Source of the DNA: Callorhinchus milii
Taxonomy: Eukaryota
NCBI RefSeq assembly: GCF_018977255.1
Contig: NW_024704742.1
Coordinates: forward strand, 11,286,001-11,350,000
Reading direction: 5' to 3'
DNA length: 64,000 nt
Shown: positions 52,270-63,285 of the stretch, piece by piece
Layout of the letters: each line of letters starts with the position of its first letter
How positions within the stretch are numbered: the first letter of the stretch is position 1
Notes under the pieces: model-generated
What the model was told of the DNA's origin: nothing
The model's input: the letters and a program-made list of their open reading frames with translations, nothing else
Database searches by the model: none
Made by a program: the position numbers and the translations under genes

Positions 52270-52485
52270 AAAATCATAATCCTTGCATTTGATATAGAGC
52301 TTTTCACGTCTTCTAGGCGTCTCAAAGTGCTTCACAGAATAGACTGTAAAGTGAATTGACTATATGTGTGGGCGAAATGCGAATTGCACACAGCAGTGTC
52401 CCACAAACAGTTGTGGATTGAGTCACCAAATTATTTTTTTTTCTTGAGGGATTAATTTCGGACATATGGAGTAAGGAAACTTGCC
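52270..52485 (-). mobile_element. tRNA-derived SINE, 5'-truncated
   Basis: Tail and core through GGAGTAAGGAAACTTGCC. Confidence 0.88.
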
Positions 52486-52688
52486 TCTGTCTCTTTTCCT
52501 CACACACTCTGGTCCTCTCTCTCACTCTCTTTTCAACCGACTTGCAGCATTAGAATCTTACAGCAATGGTAAGGAAAACCACATATGTTACTGCGTATGT
52601 GTGAAATGGTCGGGTGTTGGGTTAAGTGGGGGGGGGAGGGAAGGGAGAAAATGGGCATGAGCAGAGAAAAGCATTCAGGAAACTTTAT

Positions 52689-53018
52689 GTGGAGTCCTGT
52701 AGTTCAGTGGTTAGAGCACTCGCCTTGCAAGTGAGACACCTGGGTTCAATTCCAGGCAGGTCAGGGCGAAACTTTGGGCAAGTTTCCTTACTCCACACGC
52801 CTAATAAAAATCCCTCCAAAACAAAACAATAATTGGTCATTTTTAATCCACGACTGTTTGTGGGACACTGCTGTGCGCAATTGGCTGCCGCATTTCGCCC
52901 ACAAATATACAGTCAATTCACTTTACAGCATATTCTGTGAAGCGCTTTGAGATGTCGAGAAGACGTGAAAAATGCTATATCAAATGCAAGGATTATTATT
53001 ATTATTGTTATTATTATT
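52689..53018 (+). mobile_element. tRNA-derived SINE, short form with intermediate tail
   Basis: Lacks the internal segment; tail TTTGAGATGTCGAGAAGACGTGAAAAATGC. Confidence 0.93.
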
Positions 53019-53494
53019 AAAGGTTCATCCTTTGCCACCCTCTTTTTCATTCACAGGAGCTGTTAAGATCATTTTGAGTGAGCTTGTGGGCTTTCTGTTC
53101 AACAAGCTCTGCTCAAGGATATGGCTGTTGCTATGTTTTCTTGTGGCAGTCCTTGAAGCAGCATTGTAAGGTGCACAAACCTTTTCTCCTCCTCCTCTTT
53201 GTCGTGAACAATTCACATTAAAGTCTATTATGCCGCTCGGCTGTTTACTTTGTGATGGTAATTTCTGTGCGTGGTGGGATTTGGCCTGAACAGCCGTATA
53301 CCTCACTCATTATTCTGTTTTAAAAGTGAATTGAAGCAGAGTGAGCCTGTCGAATGCTACTGGAGCTTGTTTTTTGAGAAGTCATTAGTTAAACATGACT
53401 TTTGAATGAATAAATAAAGGTGGCTTTCTTCCCCATGGAAACGGTTGTTTTTTTCAACACCTTGCCAACTGCTATGTGTGACTCGTAATAATAA

Positions 53495-54632
53495 TCTCAA
53501 ACTACCGCGCCATCTCTAACCTTCCTTTCCTTTCCAAAGTCCTGGAACGAGTCGTTGCTTTCCAGTTTTGTTCTTTCCTCTCCCATCACTCCCTTCACAA
53601 ACCCTTCCAATTGGATTTCCATGCCACCCACAGCGACAAAGTGGCAAATGACATACCATCCATCTGTGAGCAGGGCTCCCTCTGCCTCCTCATCCTCCTT
53701 GACCTCTGCTGCCTTCGATACCGTTGACCATTCTATCCTCATCCACCACCTCTCTTCTCACCTCAACCTTCATGGTTCTGTCCTTGACTGGTTCAGATCA
53801 TACCTCTGACACCATTTCCACTTCATCTCCACAAATGGCTTCTCCTCTAGCCCCCGTACCATCTCATGCAGCATTCCTCAGGGCTCTGTCCTTGGTTCCC
53901 TCCTCTTCAATATTTATATGCTCCCTCTTGGTGACATCATCCACAGATTGGGGTCAACTTCCACATGTATCTGGATGACACCCAACTGTACCTCTCTGCT
54001 GACACCCTTGACTCCACGACCACTGCTGTCCTGACAGAATGTTTGTCAGACATCAAGTTCTGGATGAGAGCTAACTTTCTTCAGTTAAACGTCAACAAGA
54101 CCGAGGCTCTCCTGATTGGCCCCCATCAGCGCCTCCACAACTCAGGTGCTGACAGCAACACCATCTAAGGATGCACACTCCACCTTACTAAGCCAGTCTG
54201 GAACCTTGGATCTTTTTTGACCTTCAACTATTCTTTCTACCCCACATCCGTGCCATGACCTGCTCTGCCTTCCCCCACCTCCACAACATTGCCCGGCTCT
54301 GCCACTGTCTCACAACACAGGCTGCCGAGACCCTCATAAATGCATTCATAATATCCAGGCTTGACTATGCAAACTTCCTGCTTGTCGGCCCCCTCAACTC
54401 CTCCCTCCATAGGCTGCAGATCATTCAGAACTCTGCAGCTCGTGACCTCTCTTGCACCAGGCTCCGTAACCCTATCAACCCCATCCTCACCCAACTCCAC
54501 TGGTTTCCCATCACACAGAGGATACAATGCAATATCCTGGTCATCACCATCAAAGCCCTCCATGATCTTGCTCACTCCCATGTCTGTGACCCCAACGTGT
54601 AAGGTGCTATACAAATGAAATTTTGTTGTTGT
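53495..54632 (+). mobile_element. L2 LINE, longest RT remnant in the window; frameshifted, with an internal 3' deletion
   Basis: AACTACCGCGCCATCTCTAACCTTCCTTTCCTT (NYR.ISNLPFL), SAAFDTVDHSIL, VLDWFRSYL, MYLDDTQLYL, SRLDYANFLL. Confidence 0.95.
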
Positions 54633-55100
54633 AATAATAATAATCCTTGCTTTTATCACGTCTTTGAGACATCCCAAAGTGCTTCACGGAATATACTGTA
54701 AAGTGAATTGACTGTATACAACAACAAAATTACACTTGTATAGCGCCTTTCACATCGAGAGGATGTCCCAAGGCGCTGGACACTCAGAATTACGGACCCG
54801 AGCTGGGAATCTGGGTGGGGGAGGGTGGAGGGCAGGGGGGAAGCAGGGAGATCGAAAGCACAGTTGATTGCGCACAGCAGTGTCCCTTAAACAGTCGTGG
54901 AATGAGTGTATTTTTTAGGGGATTATTACCCTCGGAAAAGCGATCCACCAATGAACTAACAACTGGGTACCTACCCACTGCTCGGTAAAGAGAGGCATTT
55001 GGAGTAAGGAATCCCGCCGAACGTTTTGCCCGGCCAGGAATTGAACCCTACTCCTCTCGTTGCGAGGCAAGTACTGTAACCACTACGCTACATGACTTGT
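54633..55100 (-). mobile_element. tRNA-derived SINE, long subfamily, with an L2 tail (-) inserted at ~54718-54863
   Basis: SINE text breaks after GAATTGACTGTATA and resumes at ATTGCGCACAGCAGTGTCCC; the intervening text is L2 3'UTR. Confidence 0.88.
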
Positions 55101-55209
55101 ACCTATCTCCTGCCCACGTTAAACCAATGGATAGCATCTAACACTGCATCTGTTTTAGCCTGAACAATGGCAATCCCAAACAAGTACATCTCTGCTTGCA
55201 TTACATATA

Positions 55210-55492
55210 AATAAAAATAACCCTTGCATTTGATAAAGTGCCTTCTAATGTCTTCTAGACATCTCAAAGCGCTTCACAGAATATGCTGTAAAGTGAATTG
55301 ACTGTATATTTGTGCGGCAGCCAATTGCTCACAGCAGTGTCCCACAAATAGTCATGGATTGAGTCACCAAATCATTATTTTTTTGAGGGATTATCAGGTA
55401 TGTGGACTAAGGAAACTTGCCCAAGGTTTCGCCCTGACGGGAATCAAACTCAGGTCTCTCAGGGTGAGATTGCATCCAAGCAGCAGAGCTCA
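55210..55492 (-). mobile_element. tRNA-derived SINE, short form with old-type tail, degraded head
   Basis: Tail, core and GGAAACTTGCCCAAGGTTTCGCCCTG. Confidence 0.85.
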
Positions 55493-55836
55493 AAGATACT
55501 CGCTAAATCTTCCTGCAAAGTAAGAAAGGATTATTCTGGTACAATCAATGGACACAATTTGCTTGCAGCTAGATTTTGTTCCAATTGTTACTTTCCATTT
55601 CAGTTTGCCCCTAAAGCTCTGCAGGTTGAACATGGAATTTATTTTTGTGTTTTGAGCTAAATCTGATATTTCCTCAACAATTTTTTTTCCCTCCTTTCCT
55701 GAAGGCACGGACTCATGCTAGAATATGGGGATGCAAGTACTTCCCGTCTGTCTTCTCCCACACACCAAACACTCTTATCTCTGGGTCAGATAGTTGTGGA
55801 TTAAAGATTTGCATTAAGACTTCAGCCTGAAATTCC

Positions 55837-56167
55837 AATAATAATAATAATAATAATAATCCTTGCATTTGATATAGCGCTTTTCACGTCGGGAGGACGT
55901 CCCAAAGCGCTTCACAGAACACACTGTAAAGTGAATTGACTGTATATTTGTGGGCGAACGCGGCAGCCAATTGCGCACAGCAATGTCCCACAAACAGTCG
56001 TAGATTGAAAATGACCAATTTTTTTTTATTATTGTTTTTTTTTGGAGGGATTATTATTAGGCGTGTGGAGTAAGGAAACTTGCCCAAGGTTTCGCCCTGC
56101 CTGGAATTGAACTCAGGTCTCTCACTTGCAAAGCGAGTGCTCTAACCACTGAGCTACAGGACTCCAC
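55837..56167 (-). mobile_element. tRNA-derived SINE, young short subfamily, full length
   Basis: Retains CpGs; pure (AAT)8 end; near-identical to the 5787 and 16496 copies. Confidence 0.96.
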
Positions 56168-56300
56168 AATGCAATTTCAGTTGAACCCTGTTAACACATT
56201 ATTTGGATCCATAAAATATCTCTAAGTGTTCTAACAGGGTGAGATTGCTGGTAAGCATTCCTGCATTCCTACATTCAGATGATGTTGGGCACTGCCACCT

Positions 56301-56673
56301 ATAATAATAAGAATCCTTGCATTTAGATGTAGCGCCTTATCATGTCTTCTAGCCCACTCAAAGCACTTCACAAAATATAGTGTAAAGTGAATTGGCTGTA
56401 TATTTTGTGGACGAAACACGGCCAGCCAATTGCGCATTGCAGTATCCACACAAACAGTCGTGGATTGAGTGACCAATGTATTATTAGTAGTAGTTTTTGA
56501 AGGAATTATTAACCCTAGCCAATCGGTTAACAACCGAGTTCCAACTTACTGCTTGGTAAACAGAGGTGTGTGGAGCAAGGAAATTTGCCCAACATTTCGC
56601 CCTGCTGGGAATTGAACCTAGGTCCTTTCACTTGTGAGGTGAGTGCTCTAACCATTTAGCTACTGGATTCCAC
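56301..56673 (-). mobile_element. tRNA-derived SINE, long subfamily, full length
   Basis: Tail, core, internal segment and head. Confidence 0.92.
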
Positions 56674-58069
56674 AGACATGCTGGAGAGAGTTTGGAACCA
56701 TTTGTGCTGACTGATTGTCAATTGAACTAGACAAAATGGGAAAAAGAAAGTTGGGAATGTTGGCTGGTAATCTCTGTTGATCCGGCAAGCTTGCTGATAG
56801 AGCAAAGCTTTTTATTTTGGTAATCTGTCATTTAAACTAGGGGTGAAAATGATTAGTGGTAGAATTCAATGCAATGTGGACTTGAAGGAGAATATGCGTT
56901 GTGTTTCCCAAGAGTGGGATAGATAGAAGATAAATAGGAGAGGTGGCAGCACACTTGTAGTGGGCTCAAAAGCTTTCATTTGTGAAGATTGTGGGCACAA
57001 ATAAATGAAGCTTTAGCAGCCATTCACAGTTGGGACTTGTTGGAAATGTAGGAAACCATTAAACTTTGAAGAGTGATGGTTGAGCATACATTTTGCAGGA
57101 ATTTTGTAGCTGATTGAGAATACCTTCATAGGCTGACTTGTGTTTGATCTATGATGTAGAATCTGTTTTTGACAGTTGTCCAGTAAACCCGAAGAGCAAT
57201 AATTGATATTGATATGTACCCTTCCTTCCTTCCTTTCTCCCTATCCCCCACATACTGATCAGTGAACCAGCTTACTGTTAGTGTTCCTTTTTTATATTTC
57301 AAGATATGTTGACTTTAACTGCACCCCCCATCGTGATATTCACTTCCTATATATAGCTCAGATATTCATTCCCCCATGCAAATTTATTCAGATGGCTCAC
57401 ATATCTGAATGCATTTGAATGCGCGAAAAAGGGAATAGCAGGGATCAGGAGAAGGGATTAGTGAAGGTTCATCTGAAGTGTGGACACCGGCACAAACTGG
57501 TTGGGCTGAATGGTTTGTTCTGGTGCCGCTAGTCTATGAAATTCTATGTATTTACTGCCTAGAAATACCTCAGGTAGGTCACTTCCAAAAGATGTAGGAG
57601 ATTAGGAGATCCGTTCAGCAGACTTGTTTCATCTCAGTCACCCTGCCGGCTGAGGTTGGATCTCAAGTGGAGAATAGTAGACAAGAGCACAGAAGGGAGG
57701 AAACTGAAGTTGTGTCTTGGCGCTTGAACACTAAATGAATATGATGGGATTGGTAGTATTGAGTTTGCGGCCCCTTTAACGTACATTTGTGTGTTTGAGA
57801 CCCAGCTGTAGACAGTGGGTGTGCTTCTATTTTGAGGTCAAATTACACTAGCTTGCTGTGATAGGTATTGGCATTCCATTTGTTCTATATATTTACTTAA
57901 TTTATCTTGCCAACATGTACAAAACGGCAAGCTGAATTATGCAGCCGACTGTGGTTGTGCTTGGCCTTGAGTCTTAACAACTTTGTTACAGGAATGTGCG
58001 TGAGATTAAAGCAGAGCAGTGATAAAGGGTTAGACTCAACTTATCCCAAAGAGGGATCCTCTCCACCAT

Positions 58070-58307
58070 TTGAGGTCGCGCATTCAGCCACTATGAAACT
58101 CTGGAACACTCTCCCTCAATCCCTCCTCCTTGCCCCCTCTTTTTCAAGCCTCACCTGAAAAGCTCCCTTTTTGACTGTGCTTATGGTCACTTTCCCCACC
58201 CCACCCTCTGCCCCCCCACCACTGCCACTCAGGCTCCATCACTGTTAAGCACTCTGAGACTCTACACTGCTGGAGGGCGCTATCTAAGTGCAAGTTGTTG
58301 TTGTTGT
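58070..58307 (+). mobile_element. Older L2 3' end
   Basis: CTCTGGAACACTCTCCCTCAATCCCTCC (LWNTLPQSL)...GGGCGCTATCTAAGTGCAAG(TTG)n. Confidence 0.75.
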
Positions 58308-58559
58308 GGGCAGCTCCAGCTATTGCAAGTGCTACTTGGATCAAGTATAGCTCGTTCCTCATGATTTTATCTGCCAAGATCAAAGTTAGAAGAGTGCAGA
58401 TGAGATCAGTTTTCTGTTTGCATCCATATTTGATGTGCATTACAAATAGAATTTTTAACCATGTGCGGTGTTCCTGTAGCAGATGTTTTTTAGGTTCTTT
58501 CTACCGGTGTTGGGAGTCTTTTTTTATTTTCATCAAAGGGAATACTTTGTATTTGTAAA

Positions 58560-58848
58560 AATGTTGGGCAAGTTTCCTTACTCCACATGCCTCTGTTTAC
58601 CTAGCAGTAAGTAGGTTGTTTGTCGATTGGCAGGTCACTTTTCCGGAGGTAATAATCCCTTTTTAAAAAAAATGCGGTCACTCAATCCATGACTGTTTGT
58701 GTGGGACACTGCTGTGTGCAATTGGCTACCGCGTTTCACCCACAATATATACCGTAAATTCACTTTACAGTATGTTCTGTGAAGTGCTTTAGAAGTCTCG
58801 AAGGTATAACAAGGCGCTATATCAAATGCAAGGAATATTATTGTTATA
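58560..58848 (+). mobile_element. tRNA-derived SINE, long subfamily, 5'-truncated
   Basis: GTTGGGCAAGTTTCCTTACTCCAC through TATATCAAATGCAAGGAATATT. Confidence 0.9.
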
Positions 58849-59269
58849 ATACATCTCCTCAGTTTTGATTTAATGTCAATGAGGTTTGGGGTTCAGCATC
58901 CCACAGCTAACCAGACTTCATTGTCAGTTGTTTTCTACAGTATGTTAAGGGCTTCAAGCACCATTCTGGTCAAAATCTCTGTGGCTGACCAAAATTCAGC
59001 AACAGCTTGTTTGCCAGTTTTGTTTTAAAAAGTGCAAATTGTGGGAATTGAGTTTATTTTCATTGCCCTCCCAATTTCTCCCAACCGTTGTAGCAGACTG
59101 TTGTTGGGCTGTGGTTTCTCAAGCACCAGCTTGAGAAATGTCCTCCATACCTCGAGTTATTCATTCTTACCATGAGATCCAGACAGCGAGCGTTGGCAGG
59201 CTGCGTGATCTCTGACTGTTCAGGCTCACACAATAAAACAAAAACGTTCTTCAAGCTGGGAAGTGGAGG

Positions 59270-59575
59270 CAGGTTTGATGTGTAAGTTGGGTTGATTTAG
59301 ACAAGGCTTGAGGTAGAGATTAACCACACCTGTCTGGTCAAAAAAGCTGACAAATTACATCACCACTATTACTGTTTACTGACTTTATGTGCAAAAGTGT
59401 GCATATATCAGGTGAGGATGGAATTTAGCTTGACTGTGAAGTCCATAGGGTTGAATAGCCTATTGACAGTCTGTCTAGGTTCACAGATGGTTATCCACCT
59501 AAGTCACTAGTGTACAAGGAACTGCTCTCTCCCAACATGAGTCAGTGAGTTTAGGAGCACTGGAGGAAGAATGAC
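59270..59575 (+). mobile_element. Ancient SINE (second family)
   Basis: CAGGTGAGGATGGAATTTAGCTTGACTGTGA...GTTGAATAGCCTATTGACAGTCTGTCTAGGTTCACA...CCAACATGAGTCAG. Confidence 0.55.
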
Positions 59576-61610
59576 ATGAAGTTTATGTCCTTTGAGGACT
59601 TGTCTTGCTGGTTCCAAGGCTGGCAGTTTGGTAAAATAAGAGCAATGTATTGGATGCCCTTTTTGTGACTCACTCGCTTTTTAATTCAATCGAACTCCGG
59701 GATCTACTTCCAGAAACTAATAACTGAATTTGTTAACAGGAGCTCAGATTAATGAAAGAGATATTTTGATCTTCATCAGGCCTTGCTGATAGATGGATGA
59801 CTGCTGTACACTTGTGGCTGATCTTTATGAATCGGTTTCTTTTACAGTCGGCATTTCCATTGAAGTCAAATCAGTCGTGTCTCTGCCATCTGATCCATCC
59901 AGCACCAGTTAATTTGTAGCCCTAATTAATGGCACAGTATTCTTTTGTTATTCCTCTCTTAAAATATGCACAGTCACTCTTGTGTCCGGTCGGAAGGAGA
60001 GAGAGAGGTGGAGAGATTGTTTGTGTTATGTGAGGCACGGAGGAAGGTTGCTGGTCAGCAACCCGAATGTAACTGGTATGAATTGGAGGTATTTAGGTTG
60101 ACTTGAATCGATTGAATTTGCTTTGTTTTGCACCCTTCATTGAGACTCAGGAGGCAGAACTCATGTGGATCATGTGCTTGTGTGGGTCACTGTGCATGTC
60201 TGATGTAGACATCAAAGCAAGTGCTCTGGACCTGCAAAGCCCAATGTGTCTCAAAGGCAGCAAAGGGAGCGGTTCTCTTTCCTTTCCAGGATACTCTCAT
60301 TCTGGACCAATGAATGTTTGATTTATGGCACAGAACAGGTTAACCTGGAAGTTATTAAACTCAGTATTGTTATTCCTGACTGACTCTGGACTTCATAGAC
60401 AAACTACACACAGAATTGCTGCACTGTACACCTTTTGTCTCGAGTTCAGGCAACGTGACCCACGTGAGTTTCAGTTTCAGTGAACTTTATACTTTCTCCA
60501 CATTCAATCAGGAACACTTGTTAAAACTGTAAGGTCTGTACCAAAGCCAACACTTGTTGAACCATGGATATCGATATTGATTTATGATGTGTAAGGATAA
60601 TCAACATCGATGTTAAGTGCCAAACAATGAACTATTGACCTCTTCCCCCTCAACTAATTTGAATTATAAAGGAAACTATGGTATTATCACATCAGTAAGT
60701 TAGGGAAAAGAAAAGCTTCTTATTGTGGATATAAAAGTTGTATGGTTTTGTATCTAAATGGGCCTTTCAGACCAGTTAAATGTAAGGCTGTCAAATTCTG
60801 TATATTATCCCAATTTTTGATCCATTGAGCCTGGAATTATGGTTGTGCTAATTTACGGTGAGTACATTTTTAGCTTTGAGATGTATGGTTACTGCTGGAG
60901 CCCCTGCGATTTGTTGGCAAATACTTAATCTCTGCGTGTTCTAACTGACAAAAAGTACAGAGATTTAATCTTTCTATGTTGTTGAAAGAGGACAGGTGAT
61001 TGAAGAGAAGCCCTTTATTGAGAAATGATTTTATTTTTAAAAAGTTTTGAGAATATTTTCTTTTAGAATGTAATTGTGAGCAGCCTCAGTAAAACTACCC
61101 ACAATAACATGGGTTGTTTCTTAATTAGAAATAATGGTTTGTATCGCTGCCCTGATGCATTGTTTCATCGGTATATTGATCCCGGGTGCCCTGATGAAAA
61201 ATGGTGTATATTGACAGTTTCCATAGCAGCTCAATGTAGCAGCACTTTATCTTTCAACAAGCCTAGTAGTGGTTAGTGTGGAAGAAAATAGACATTTTCC
61301 TGGTGAAAATCTGCGAAGTGGGTCTGGACCACATAGATCGCTTAGGTCTGATCTAAACTCAAAATCAAGATTGGAATCGATGGAAGCAGCAAAATAGATC
61401 TCCCACTATTCCAACAATAACCATACTTTGTAGTTGTGTAGTGTATTTCACATAAAATGATTGTGTCAGTGCTTAATAGTAGATCTAGAGTTCACTGAGC
61501 AGGGAAAAGAGACAAGAAGATGACCAAATGGTTTTAAGAGGGTTTTGAAGATGGGGAAAGAAGAAGCAAGGCTTGGAGATTTTTTGATGTGTTCCAGAGG
61601 ACAACGGCAC

Positions 61611-61970
61611 AATAATAATAATAATCCTTGCATTTGATATAGCGTCTCAAAGCACTTCACAGAATATACTGTAAAATGAATTGATTGTATATTTTTTGGG
61701 TGAAACACGGCAGCCAATTGCTCACAGCAGTGTTCCACAAACAGTCATGGATTGAAGTTACCAATTTATTATTAATTATTTTTTGAAGGAATTATTACCC
61801 CCGGAAAAGTGATCTGCCAGTCGACTAACAACTGGGTTCCTACTTACTGTTACGTGAACAGAGGCGTGTGGAGTAAAGAAACTTGCCCAATGTTTCGTCC
61901 TACTGGGAATTGAACTCTGGTCTCTCGCTTGCGAGGCGAGTGCTCTAACCACTGAGCTACAGGACTCCAC
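61611..61970 (-). mobile_element. tRNA-derived SINE, long subfamily, nested in an old L2 3' end (~61450-62070)
   Basis: Full head to tail; CACAAT at both junctions; purine-rich L2-like flanks (GGTTTTAAGAGGGTTTTGAAG...TTCCAGAG). Confidence 0.92.
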
Positions 61971-62086
61971 AATGATGGAGCTTGGCTGCCAATGATGAGA
62001 TGGAAGAAATGAGGAGTGATCAGTAGGCTAGAATTGGAAAAATGAAGGTTACAGCAGAATAGGGAATAGAAAAAATGTTGGCATTT

Positions 62087-62228
62087 GTGGAGTCCTGTAG
62101 CTCAGTGGTTAGAGCACTCGCTTTGCAAGCGAGAGACCTGAGTTCAATTCCAGGCAGAGGGCGAAACCTTGGGCAAGTTTCCTTACTCCACACACCTAAT
62201 AATAATCCCTCCAAAACCAAAAACAATA
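62087..62228 (+). mobile_element. tRNA-derived SINE, young subfamily, 5' half only
   Basis: Intact head with CTCGC-TTTGCAA-GCGAG anticodon-like arm; ends at the central A-rich tract. Confidence 0.92.
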
Positions 62229-62329
62229 CTCTCATTACTCTCATCTGATCTGTGTTGAAATCATTCTAAGAACATTCTATTTGCTACGGGTGTGGGTTTG
62301 CATCAGGAAGTTGCAGGAAAATGCAGAAA

Positions 62330-62655
62330 CAACTTAGATTTTTGTGGCATCTTACACGTCAAAATAACTTAAAGCCCTTAACAATGATTTATGACAGCCA
62401 ATTTGTACACAGCAAAGTCACTCAAACATTAGGTAAATGATCAATTTTATCAGAAAGAGTGTTGACCAGGAGGCCTGGAGAAAATCACTTTTTTTTACCA
62501 AGTATCGTGCACTTTTTTATCCAGTGGAACAGACAGAGGAGAAGAGGACCTTTGTTTAATGTCTCCTTGACAGGGCAGCACAATGCACTGCTCAGAACTA
62601 CCCTGGATTGTCAGCTGATTCAGTGACTTCTGAACTGGGGCTTAATCCCACAACA
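62330..62655 (-). mobile_element. Ancient Deu-type SINE
   Basis: GACAGCCAATTTGTACACAGCAAAGTC...GTTGACCAGGAGGCCTGGAGAA...TTTAATGTCTC...TGTCAGC. Confidence 0.6.
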
Positions 62656-63100
62656 GCAACAATTTGCATTTATCTAGCGTCCTTCATGCAGGGTAGTGTC
62701 CCGGAGTTCTTGTACCTCTAAACGAACCTCGGAACGAAAGATAAGAATGATTCCAATTGAGTCAAGGTGATGAATATCACAAAGTAGTTTTGCTGAACTG
62801 CAGAAGAAGCATGATGTGGACGTTAAAAAAAGGCTGGCACCCATTGAAGCTCAGAGGAGCAATGAGATGTCAAGATTGCATTGTAGAGGGGTTAATTGAA
62901 GGGAGTGGTGTCGAGGAAAAATTGTTAGCATAATGAATTCAGCAATGAAGTTCTCTTGTGAAGTACTTGGGAAGAAATTCCACCTTGGTTGAGATTTACT
63001 CTATTTATGTAGCATTTTAAAGCATTCAAACTTCAGCAAATTCTGAAATACAACCTTAACTTAACTGCTTTTTGTTTTATATATATATATATATACATAT

Positions 63101-63285
63101 ATAATAATAATCCTTGCATTTGATATAGCGCCTTATCACATCTTTGAGGCATCTCAAAGCACTTCACAGAATATACTGTAAAGTGAATTAATTCTATATT
63201 TCTGGGCAAAGCGCAGCAACCCATTGCGCACAGCAGTGTCCCACAAACAGTCGTGAATTAAAATGTCCAATTTATTATTATTATT
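63101..63285 (-). mobile_element. tRNA-derived SINE 3' half, preceded by (TA)n at ~63078-63101
   Basis: Tail and core. Confidence 0.88.

Noticed and set aside
60290..60338. 49-nt exon-like segment after CTCTTTCCTTTCCAG
   Set aside because: Weak donor (GTTAAC) and no recognisable peptide.
61317..61407. Small nested palindromes (TAGATC/GATCTA; AGTGGG/CCCACT)
   Set aside because: Arms are only 6 bp, compatible with chance.
62089..62162. tRNA-Ala(TGC)-like cloverleaf (also at 5789, 16496, 44376, 52691, 56165)
   Set aside because: D-arm and anticodon arm are present, but there is no proper acceptor stem and each continues into SINE body. These are SINE heads, not tRNA genes.
1276..63285. CRISPR-like recurrence of the TATATCAAATGCAAGGATTATT motif
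   Set aside because: Dispersed on both strands at irregular kb spacing as SINE termini; no array and no cas genes.
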